NCBI GenBank assembly: GCA_964538855.1
Contig: CAZIEY010000001.1
Span: 163,059-227,058 of the forward strand
Length of the DNA stretch: 64,000 nt
From: an uncultured Candidatus Saccharibacteria bacterium
GTDB lineage: Bacteria; Patescibacteriota; Minisyncoccia; Phycocordibacterales; JAACPR01
Reading direction: 5' to 3'
Below are positions 56,460 to 64,000 of this stretch, in pieces; position 1 is the stretch's first letter, and the number at the start of each line of letters is the position of its first letter. A program made the position numbers and the translations under genes. The notes below the pieces were generated by a model, which saw nothing but the letters and a program-made list of their open reading frames with translations, made no database searches and was not told where the DNA came from.

Positions 56460-57221
56460 ATGTCAGACACTATTGATAAAAACAAAGATATCAAGCAGGA
56501 GCTTTCTTCACTTGGAATGGACGAAAACGAAGCCACTGTATACCTCTCCCTCCTCAAATTAGGAGAAGTGGGTGCATCAAAAATAGTCAGAGACACAGGA
56601 CTTCATGGGCAAACTGTATATGACGCATTACACAAACTCGAGACAAAAAATTTGGTCAGGTTTAATTTAATCAAAGGTCGAAGGAAATTTATTTCGCAAA
56701 ACCCATCCATTCTCTTGAATTTGGTTAATAAGCAGCAACAGATCGTCGAAAGTGTTTTGAATAAGATAGAAAAAAGATTCTCGATCATCGACACAGACAA
56801 TATTGAGATAATAAAAGGTAAAGATTCTTTTGTTATTAACGAATTCAAAATGTTGCAGGAAGTTCCAAAAGGTAGTGAATTACTCATTCTCGGAGGCAGC
56901 GGAGATTCTTTCATCGCCAATTTTGGAAATAAGTTTAACGAATATGATTATCAGAGAACGAAAAAAGGTATCTCGGTAAAATATCTCGGAAGCGAGACGC
57001 AAAAGAAATATTTGACCGATTCTGTAGACAGCCGACACAACTTTGAATACCGGGTTATTCCGCAAGTGTTTTCTGGTGTCACAAATATCACTATTTTTAA
57101 GAATCACGCAATAGTTATATATCTCTTTGATGAAAACACGACTTCTATAGTCATTAGAAATAAAAAGATAGTCGAGAGTTATGAAGGATTTTTTGAAAGC
57201 TTGTGGGGTTTGGGAAAGTAG
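56460..57221 (+). CDS. TrmB-family transcriptional regulator
   Basis: HTH (EATVYLSLLKLGEVGASKIVRDTGLHGQTVYDALHKLETKNLV) plus a TrmB C-domain. Confidence 0.7.
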   Translation: MSDTIDKNKDIKQELSSLGMDENEATVYLSLLKLGEVGASKIVRDTGLHGQTVYDALHKLETKNLVRFNLIKGRRKFISQNPSILLNLVNKQQQIVESVLNKIEKRFSIIDTDNIEIIKGKDSFVINEFKMLQEVPKGSELLILGGSGDSFIANFGNKFNEYDYQRTKKGISVKYLGSETQKKYLTDSVDSRHNFEYRVIPQVFSGVTNITIFKNHAIVIYLFDENTTSIVIRNKKIVESYEGFFESLWGLGK

Positions 57222-57284
57222 TTAGTCAAAAGAAATAACTCACAACATGCGCGAAATGTTGCAGGAAATCTTGTCTGCTAATAA

Positions 57285-57427
57285 ATAAGCAAAATAAAAC
57301 ACCTCTAAAGAGGCTTTCGGAGGACACTTGGTTTCTCCCAATTAGTGTCCGAGAACGAACTGAAATTTCCTGAGAAGGAAATTTACAGTGTACTCTTTAG
57401 AGGTGTTTTATTTTGCTTATTTCAATT
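57285..57427. repeat. Perfect 30-bp inverted repeat with an 82-bp spacer that contains two internal hairpins (composite bidirectional terminator or MITE-like element)
   Basis: aaataagcaaaataaaacacctctaaagag ... ctctttagaggtgttttattttgcttattt. Internal hairpins ggacact/agtgtcc and gaaatttcc-tgagaa-ggaaatttc. Sits between convergent TrmB and rplL. Confidence 0.7.
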
Positions 57428-57815
57428 CAACCTTCGCACCAGCTTCTTCCAATTTCTTCTTGATCGCTTCAGCGTCTTCCTTCTTTACGCCAGCTTTCAA
57501 GTCTTTTGGAGCGCCATCAACGAGGTCTTTCGCTTCTTTAAGACCGAGTCCGAGAGCTTCCTTCACCACCTTAATAACGGCGATTTTTTGTGCGCCAGCG
57601 TCTTTGAGGTGGACGATGAAGTCAGTTTTTTCTTCACCAGCCGCAGCCGCAGCAACTGGAGCAGCCGCAGCCGCAACAGCGCTCACACCAAATTTCTTTT
57701 CTAATACTTTTACGAGTTCGTTTAATTCAAGAACGCTCATTGCTTCAATTTTTGAAACGAGGTCCTGGAATTTTGCAGGAACTTCAACTGCATCAACTTT
57801 TACTTCGTCTGCCAT
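57417..57815 (-). CDS. rplL: 50S ribosomal protein L7/L12
   Basis: 132 aa with an Ala-rich hinge and a C-terminal EAGAKVELK. Confidence 0.9.
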   Translation of the reverse strand: MADEVKVDAVEVPAKFQDLVSKIEAMSVLELNELVKVLEKKFGVSAVAAAAAPVAAAAAGEEKTDFIVHLKDAGAQKIAVIKVVKEALGLGLKEAKDLVDGAPKDLKAGVKKEDAEAIKKKLEEAGAKVELK

Positions 57816-57860
57816 AAATTTGTTTAGATTTAATGAATTAATAATTTGAGTAAACCGTGA

Positions 57861-58349
57861 TTATGCTGTCTTTTTGTCCGCAATTGCCTGAAGACCAACA
57901 ACGAGGCCTTGAATTGGCGAATTGATAACGTTGACAAACATGCCACGCAATACATCGAGTGAAGGAATGAGAGCAATACCCTCGATTCCAGCTTTGTTCA
58001 TGAATGATTTTTCGAAAACTCCACCAACGATACTGATATTATCTTTGAATTTCTTTTGGAAGGCAAAGATTTCTCGAGCTGGTGCAGTTGCATCATCACC
58101 ATATACCAAAGCAAGTTCACCTGACATTTCTGGCAATGTTCCTGCGATTTTTGATTCGCCGAACGCCTTTTGAAGCAAGCTTTTCTTGGTGACAAAGTAA
58201 GTGACTTTGCTTTCGCGAAGTTTCTTACGAAGTTCCACTGTATCGGCCGCTTTCAAACCCTTGAAATTGACGAAGACTACAGACGCTTTGTCGGTAACTT
58301 CGTTCAATTTAACAAGAATGTCTTTCTTTTGTGCTTTTGTAAGTGCCAT
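57861..58349 (-). CDS. rplJ: 50S ribosomal protein L10
   Basis: 162 aa, MALTKAQKKDILVKL start. Confidence 0.9.
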   Translation of the reverse strand: MALTKAQKKDILVKLNEVTDKASVVFVNFKGLKAADTVELRKKLRESKVTYFVTKKSLLQKAFGESKIAGTLPEMSGELALVYGDDATAPAREIFAFQKKFKDNISIVGGVFEKSFMNKAGIEGIALIPSLDVLRGMFVNVINSPIQGLVVGLQAIADKKTA

Positions 58350-58690
58350 TTTGTTTCCGATTGTAACCCTTTAATAAAAAATCGACCATGTAAGGCAATG
58401 GTCGAGGAGTATTCACAACAATGCGCCGAAGCGTACTGTGATGTGAGACCTCGAGAGGGCTTATGCTGCAATGCTTTTTCAAGCTTTACCGCGCCTCTTG
58501 TCTTGAGCCTTACGAGAATTACTTTAGCAGAAATAAGGGTCAAAGTCAAAACTAAAAAGTCACACTTTGGAAAGTCTGGTTGGGCATTAACACGAAAAAA
58601 ATTATTACAGAGCGTGCATGATGTGACCCAAGGACCCTCCTCAAATTGTGACTTTTTAGTTTTGACTTAAACCAATTTTCTATATCCCTG
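58350..58690 (-). promoter_or_regulatory. rplJ 5' leader region (candidate L10-leader autoregulatory structure)
   Basis: 340-bp non-coding region upstream of rplJ containing a 21-bp long-range inverted repeat, agtcaaaactaaaaagtcaca ... tgtgactttttagttttgact. Confidence 0.35.
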
Positions 58691-58691
58691 A

Positions 58692-59870
58692 CTAGATCTC
58701 GTTCAGAGTACCTTTTTTAATACACGAAAGGAATTCCGACTGAACTATTCCAATTTGTTGTTCTTTATTTTCTGGATCAGGTGCAGATTCACAGACAATT
58801 TTGTACTTATTATTCGGCTCTACATCTTTAGATCCATCTTTGAGACCAGAGATATCACCCTTCATTTCACCTTGTTCGTTGTATATCTTACATACAGGTG
58901 TTGCAACAGGATCGATATTTTCCCAATTCAAACGACATGTCTCATCTGACTCGACAATGGGTTTGTTAAACGTCGCAGTAATACCTTTTACAAAGGAAGC
59001 TGATGGGCAGAACGCAGTTTGATCAGGAAATCCGGAAGCGCGGGCGGTTACCGAAATTTCACCCCTCAGTAATTTAACCAGATTCGTCGATGTCATTGTA
59101 ACGGCCGCGTTATTTGAATCATTAAAGACTGTACCATTAGAAAATACTGGGTGATTCCAAGTAAAATCATATCCATTGGAACTTGAACCATCTGGATCAA
59201 ATGCTGTCCAAACAATCATGTCGGTTCCGTTGCTGACTGCGACATTATCCTCGCGTGCAACACAAACCAATTTAAAATTAGGGTCAATATTTGTTGTTGT
59301 TCCTCCGTCAGGCCTATTGCTTCCTCCGCCGCCATTCTTATCTAAAGAACACTGCGCAGCTGCACCGCCTTGAGAACCAGGACATTCCCACGTAAATTCG
59401 GATGAAGTCTCTCCTCTATTAACAGATTCTCCTGGAGTAGAGCACGTATTTTTTGCTACCGAACAAACACCGTTCACTGCTGGTGCGGGAGTAGATTTTG
59501 TATATGTGTGTGTATTACCACAACTCAAGTATCGAGACCATGAATTTTTATTTTCTGCCCAAAATGCTCCAGCATCAGAGTTGTACATCCAGTCCATACG
59601 TTCTGTAAATTCAGCAGGTGTATCACAATATCCAGTACTTGGACCAGAAAATGAAATTGTTATATTCGATCCGGTGTTTGTCCAATTATTGAACACAACC
59701 GTACCAGTTGAATACGGATCAGCACCAGCAGGTCTAAAAACTTCGTAATTCCAAGTTTTTCCTCCCCATGAGCCAGAACAAGTATACGCATCTGCAGTAT
59801 GAGGATTAGTAAGTACTACGCACAATAGGGCCATAACAACCAGCGATGTAAATTTAAAAAGTTTGTTCAT
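58692..59870 (-). CDS. Secreted Cys-rich protein, family A (paralog of 61042-62424)
   Basis: Signal peptide MNKLFKFTSLVVMALLCVVLTNPHTADA. Shared motifs SCGNTHTYT, EFTWEC, ETCRLNWE, and a conserved C-terminal 60 aa (CKIYNE...GTLNEI). Confidence 0.6.
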   Translation of the reverse strand: MNKLFKFTSLVVMALLCVVLTNPHTADAYTCSGSWGGKTWNYEVFRPAGADPYSTGTVVFNNWTNTGSNITISFSGPSTGYCDTPAEFTERMDWMYNSDAGAFWAENKNSWSRYLSCGNTHTYTKSTPAPAVNGVCSVAKNTCSTPGESVNRGETSSEFTWECPGSQGGAAAQCSLDKNGGGGSNRPDGGTTTNIDPNFKLVCVAREDNVAVSNGTDMIVWTAFDPDGSSSNGYDFTWNHPVFSNGTVFNDSNNAAVTMTSTNLVKLLRGEISVTARASGFPDQTAFCPSASFVKGITATFNKPIVESDETCRLNWENIDPVATPVCKIYNEQGEMKGDISGLKDGSKDVEPNNKYKIVCESAPDPENKEQQIGIVQSEFLSCIKKGTLNEI

Positions 59871-59871
59871 A

Positions 59872-60981
59872 TTAGTTTTCAGTTAATGATTGCGAGTACC
59901 CAATAATTGCTCGATCTAAAACTTCTTTCATCGTTTTCTTTTCATTCACACCCAATGTAATGTCTTTTGATACTACATCCAAACCAGCGTTGAGAACCGC
60001 AATTGACTCTTGAACTTTGTCAGAGAAAAATAATGCTTTCGCCTCTGTCGCATATGCCGAAGTCAAATTCGGATTTATAGTAAGAGCGGTATCTGTTAAT
60101 TGTATCGCTTCGGCCAACACCTGATCTCTCTTTTGAATATACGTCGCCACACCTGCAACACCAGGTGAAATCTCTGTCATTTTTACATCAGCAAGTGCAA
60201 CATACACATTCGCCAATTTTGGATCTGCCTCGCTCGCATGAGTCAAAGCAACAATAGCTTCAGCAAATTTTTCTTGTGAAGCGTTGTGCAGACCAACCAT
60301 CAAATTTGCTTCTGCAACAAACCGGTGATTCGCTGATGTTTTTATCACTTCATTTGCCCTTGCAATCGCCGCATCAGTTTTACCTAATCGATACAACAAT
60401 TTCGCGAGATTGTACGATGCGAAATCGAGTTTTGAATCGATAGTGAGTGCCTTGGTATAATTAGCTTCTGCCTTTACAGTATCACCCATCAAATCGTAGG
60501 CATGCCCCAATCCGCTATATGCCACAGCGTTATTTGGATCAAGTGCAATTGATTTTTCATAAGCTGGAATTGCTTTTTCATAGTCCTGCATAATTTCATA
60601 TGCATAAGCCATCACGCGGTATGCGTTCGAATTATTTGCACTGATATCGAGAGCCTGATTCGCTGCTGCAATTGCCAAATTACCGTACTCCATTTCCTTG
60701 AATTCTAAGCTCCCCTTTTGAGCATACGCAGAAGCGAGTGCGATGAGCACATCCATCCGATACATATCAGATATGTTTTTCGTAAGCAAATCTTCTAGCT
60801 CTGAAATAGACAAGTCTACGTTTCCGTCATTGAATGATTCTTCGGCAGTATTTATTCTTTCAACCAAAACAGCTTCATCAATAAATTCGTGCTTAAATAC
60901 AAAAAACGAAAGAAGTATTGCGACAATGGCAGTCAAACCGAGCACAATCCAAATATATTTCTTACTGTGTAAAGTTTCCAT
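59872..60981 (-). CDS. TPR-repeat protein with N-terminal TM anchor (paralog of 62426-63541)
   Basis: 369 aa. TM segment then about 7 TPR units (AYSGLGHAYDLMGD..A...Y..AL.). Conserved SKDITLG motif near the C-terminus. Confidence 0.75.
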   Translation of the reverse strand: METLHSKKYIWIVLGLTAIVAILLSFFVFKHEFIDEAVLVERINTAEESFNDGNVDLSISELEDLLTKNISDMYRMDVLIALASAYAQKGSLEFKEMEYGNLAIAAANQALDISANNSNAYRVMAYAYEIMQDYEKAIPAYEKSIALDPNNAVAYSGLGHAYDLMGDTVKAEANYTKALTIDSKLDFASYNLAKLLYRLGKTDAAIARANEVIKTSANHRFVAEANLMVGLHNASQEKFAEAIVALTHASEADPKLANVYVALADVKMTEISPGVAGVATYIQKRDQVLAEAIQLTDTALTINPNLTSAYATEAKALFFSDKVQESIAVLNAGLDVVSKDITLGVNEKKTMKEVLDRAIIGYSQSLTEN

Positions 60982-61041
60982 TTTTGATAATTAATTTAAT
61001 AAATAAAGGTTGCTTAAATTATAGCACCTAAATAAAATTCA

Positions 61042-62424
61042 TTAAATTTCTATCAACGTCCCACTTTTCATACACGCAAGGTGCTCTGATTCCACAAAAC
61101 CTGTCGGTTGGGTCATTAATTCACAACCAATATAATATTTATTTCCAGGTGTGACTTCACGACTACCTGCTGGCAAACCTGAAATATTTTTAACCGAAAC
61201 ACCTTCTTCGTTATATATACTGCATTGAGAAGCAGACGGGGCTTTAGACCAAGTCAGGGTACATGTCTCATTCTCATCTACAATTGGTGGGTCCATTTCT
61301 ACGATAATTTCATCGACAAATTTTGCAGTAGGACAAATTATTGTGGGTGCTGGAACCACGAATGGATTCAGAATAGTAACCATGAGATTTATAAATGAGA
61401 CTGAATTAGGAGAAGTAATCTGAACAGTCTGACCATGTTGAGATTCCACGTCAAAAGGATCATTTGCCCCGTACATATCAAACCATGAAAATCCAAAATT
61501 AGCGGAGGAACTGCCTAATCCTTCTACTGACCAAGTAATTGGACTATTAACTTTTGCAACCAAAGGAGAAACGCGACAGACAGGATCAAAACCACCATCG
61601 TCGTAATCATCTTTATCCATGGAACACATGTCCAAATTTCCTGGAACCTCTCTGCCGTACGTATTACTGCCACGACAATTCCATAAAAATTCAGTAGTTG
61701 AATCAGGAACATATTCTAGATTACCCACACGACATTGATCCGGTTCGGTTCCACACTCACCAGGAATAAGCGGCTCTGGTGCAACTGAAGCAAAACAGCT
61801 TCTATCATAAAGCCTATTGGTGCCAGCGGCTTCGCAAATCCACATAGCACCCGCATTAGTTGGAAACGCTGGATTCGATCCTCTCAACGTACCGATGGCA
61901 CAAAAATCAATGTTTTCACTTCCTAAATATTGAGTAGTACCGTAACTATATGCAGCGGAATTCCGTCCACACATCGCATAGACAGGTGTTGGATTTTCAG
62001 GTATCTCGGGAATCACAGGGACTTGGACAATATCTCTTGTATACGTGTGAGTATTACCGCAACTCATAGCTAATGGATCCTGCCAACTACTCAGGCCCGA
62101 CGAGAGAAAATTGGGAATACGAGAATAAGCAAATGCCATATGAGTCACCATGGTGCTTGGTGATGCACAACTATTATCCAAGGCCAGGTTCGTACCAAAA
62201 AAGTTCATCACAACTTCGTACGTCGTGTTACCATATCCATAGGTTCCAAAATCATAACTACCATTTCTAAGATTGCCTGTTCCTCCCCCTACGATATCGT
62301 ACTGGAACGACCCATATACTGTCGAACCCATACAACGGATAGCAAATGTTGTTTTTGGGGCAAGAAAAATCATCGCAACAATGCACACAACATAAAGTAT
62401 ATTTTTATTAAGCAAAAATTTCAT
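61042..62424 (-). CDS. Secreted Cys-rich protein, family A (paralog of 58692-59870)
   Basis: Signal peptide. Motifs MSCGNTHTYT, EFLWNC, ETCTLTWS, C-terminal CSIYNE...GTLIEI. Confidence 0.6.
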   Translation of the reverse strand: MKFLLNKNILYVVCIVAMIFLAPKTTFAIRCMGSTVYGSFQYDIVGGGTGNLRNGSYDFGTYGYGNTTYEVVMNFFGTNLALDNSCASPSTMVTHMAFAYSRIPNFLSSGLSSWQDPLAMSCGNTHTYTRDIVQVPVIPEIPENPTPVYAMCGRNSAAYSYGTTQYLGSENIDFCAIGTLRGSNPAFPTNAGAMWICEAAGTNRLYDRSCFASVAPEPLIPGECGTEPDQCRVGNLEYVPDSTTEFLWNCRGSNTYGREVPGNLDMCSMDKDDYDDGGFDPVCRVSPLVAKVNSPITWSVEGLGSSSANFGFSWFDMYGANDPFDVESQHGQTVQITSPNSVSFINLMVTILNPFVVPAPTIICPTAKFVDEIIVEMDPPIVDENETCTLTWSKAPSASQCSIYNEEGVSVKNISGLPAGSREVTPGNKYYIGCELMTQPTGFVESEHLACMKSGTLIEI

Positions 62425-62425
62425 A

Positions 62426-63541
62426 TTATTTTTTAATTAAATTTTGATAATTTTTTGCGTAATCTTTCATACTAATCATCATGTTTTGTTTTTCTAGCGC
62501 GCCAAGAGTTATATCCTTACTGACAGCAGAGCTACCCTGCTGAATCGCGGCGAGAGCACCCACAAAATCACCTGACATTTGTAAAATTTTTGCTTTTGTA
62601 ATGTAAGCGACTGACAAATTCGGATTTAAACTGAGAGCTTTTTCTATCAAAGGAACCGCCTCTTGGATAAACAATTCGGTATTTTTAATAATTTGGTTTA
62701 TATCAGCATCTGGTCCATTCGATTCAATCATGGCAAATCGCACCTGCACAAGACCGACGTAATTATTCGCAAGGCGCTCATCTGCCTTAATGGCATTCTC
62801 AAAAGAAGTTTCGGCTTCACTTAATTTGTTTTCTCTAAGAGAAATTACACCCAATACATTGTAAGCTTCTGAGATGAACCTGTTGTTTTTAGAAAATTTG
62901 ACCGTTTGTTCCGCATACATTCGTGCATCGTCCATATCATTGTTTCTGACATAGACTCGGGCAAGATTTAAAAGAGCGTGATCTAAATCATTCTGTATAA
63001 GAAGAGCATGTTTATAGTTTTGTGCCGCTAACATCAAATCACCTTGTAAATCATATGCGTGGCCGAGATTGCTATACGCCATAGCATTATTCAGATCAAA
63101 TTCGATCGCCATTTCATAATAAGCAGTTGCGGCTGCATAGTCTTCTGAAATTTCGTGTGCATACCCCATCACTCGAGCGGCTTCAGAATTATTTGGATTC
63201 AATCGCAAAGCTTCTTCTAATAAAAGAATAGCTTTTGCCGCAGACTCTTTCTCGTCAAAATTCAAACTGCCCTGTTGAGAATAAAGAGTGGCGAGAGCAA
63301 TCAAAATACGCACTCGATCATCATTAGATAAATTCTGAGTGAGTATTTTTTCCAACGATTCAATAGAGGGATTTAAATCCCCGATTGCAAAATTTTCAGA
63401 AACTATTTGCATTTCCCGCTCTATTACAGCCTTACGAACAGGGGCAACGAAATAATACACAGAAACAGCTACCGCGCCAATAACTAACGCTCCTGTAATT
63501 ATAATGAGACGGGGCCGCAGTAAATTCATAAATGATACCAA
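62426..63541 (-). CDS. TPR-repeat protein with N-terminal TM anchor (paralog of 59872-60981)
   Basis: 371 aa, TM plus TPRs (AYSNLGHAYDLQGD), SKDITLG motif. Confidence 0.75.
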   Translation of the reverse strand: MVSFMNLLRPRLIIITGALVIGAVAVSVYYFVAPVRKAVIEREMQIVSENFAIGDLNPSIESLEKILTQNLSNDDRVRILIALATLYSQQGSLNFDEKESAAKAILLLEEALRLNPNNSEAARVMGYAHEISEDYAAATAYYEMAIEFDLNNAMAYSNLGHAYDLQGDLMLAAQNYKHALLIQNDLDHALLNLARVYVRNNDMDDARMYAEQTVKFSKNNRFISEAYNVLGVISLRENKLSEAETSFENAIKADERLANNYVGLVQVRFAMIESNGPDADINQIIKNTELFIQEAVPLIEKALSLNPNLSVAYITKAKILQMSGDFVGALAAIQQGSSAVSKDITLGALEKQNMMISMKDYAKNYQNLIKK

Positions 63542-63571
63542 GATTATATCACTTAAAAATTTACAGATGGA

Positions 63572-64000
63572 CTACTTCTTCACTTTTCCTGCTTTGATTT
63601 CTTCCGCAACGTTGTTTGGCACAACTTCGTAGTGATCAAATTCCATTGTAGATTGCGCGCGACCTTCTGTCATAGAACGCAATGTAGTTGTGTAACCGAA
63701 CATTTCTGAGAGAGGTACCTTTGAGTGGATGCAAGTAATGCCGTTTCCAATATCATCCATACCATCAATTTGAGCACGTTTTGATGACAAGTTACCTGTT
63801 ACGTCACCAGTGAATTTTTCTGGAGTTGTAACTTCAACTTTCATAATCGGTTCAAGAAGTACTGGCTTCGCTTTGAGAGCAGCTTCCCTGAACGCCATAG
63901 ATGCAGCCAATTTGAAGGCAATTTCTGAAGAGTCCACATCGTGATATGAACCGTCATACAATTCAACTGAAATATCTGTCATCTTGTAACCGGCAGACAC
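63572..64000 (-). CDS. fusA: Elongation factor G, C-terminal fragment (gene continues beyond the window end)
   Basis: Domains IV/V signature ([11 protein letters not shown]...G.V.GDL..RRG, TEGRA.S.MEF..Y). No start codon inside the window. Confidence 0.9.
   Translation of the reverse strand: MSAGYKMTDISVELYDGSYHDVDSSEIAFKLAASMAFREAALKAKPVLLEPIMKVEVTTPEKFTGDVTGNLSSKRAQIDGMDDIGNGITCIHSKVPLSEMFGYTTTLRSMTEGRAQSTMEFDHYEVVPNNVAEEIKAGKVKK

Overview
The window is a low-GC (about 38%) bacterial chromosome segment with the hallmarks of a Candidate Phyla Radiation (CPR/Patescibacteria) genome. It has small genes, a ribosomal-protein cluster with no rpmD (L30) between rpsE and rplO, and no transposase or integrase anywhere.

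Core content on the minus strand is fusA (3' fragment at the window edge), rplJ-rplL, and tuf-rpsJ-rplC-rplD-rplW-rplB, then an inserted antisense cassette, then rpsS-rplV-rpsC-rplP-rpmC-rpsQ-rplN-rplX-rplE-rpsZ-rpsH-rplF-rplR-rpsE-rplO-secY-adk-map-ndk. On the plus strand are infC-rpmI-rplT. Other housekeeping genes are ftsH, recG, pepF, trhO, smpB followed by a tmRNA (ssrA), tRNA-Ser(GCT) and tRNA-Ile(UAU).

Accessory content:
- a DsbB/thioredoxin pair;
- a multi-TM histidine kinase;
- eukaryote-like SET and SWIB domain proteins plus an ORF6N protein carrying an in-frame palindromic tandem repeat;
- three divergent TrmB-regulator plus orphan LivK-type binding-protein modules;
- a duplicated RimK-type ATP-grasp pair with a DUF785 retropepsin;
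- an ImmA/IrrE peptidase operon with a Tyr-rich repeat secreted protein;
- two tandem paralogous cassettes (TPR membrane protein plus Cys-rich secreted protein) lying between rplJ and fusA.

The most unusual locus is the GC-rich segment around smpB-ssrA (16.3-20.3 kb). It contains a long imperfect palindrome, a perfect 29-bp-arm palindrome overlapping the tmRNA 3' end, and two diverged direct copies (about 165-175 nt, 1.77 kb apart) of a sequence whose differences are compensatory in predicted helices. I read this as an undescribed structured RNA. The two copies flank a compositionally mixed 1.6-kb insert that carries a tRNA 3'-end-like fragment.

A second oddity is a 540-bp module between rplB and rpsS. 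It has a bidirectional terminator, divergent sigma70-like promoters, and two tiny TM protein genes antisense to the operon.
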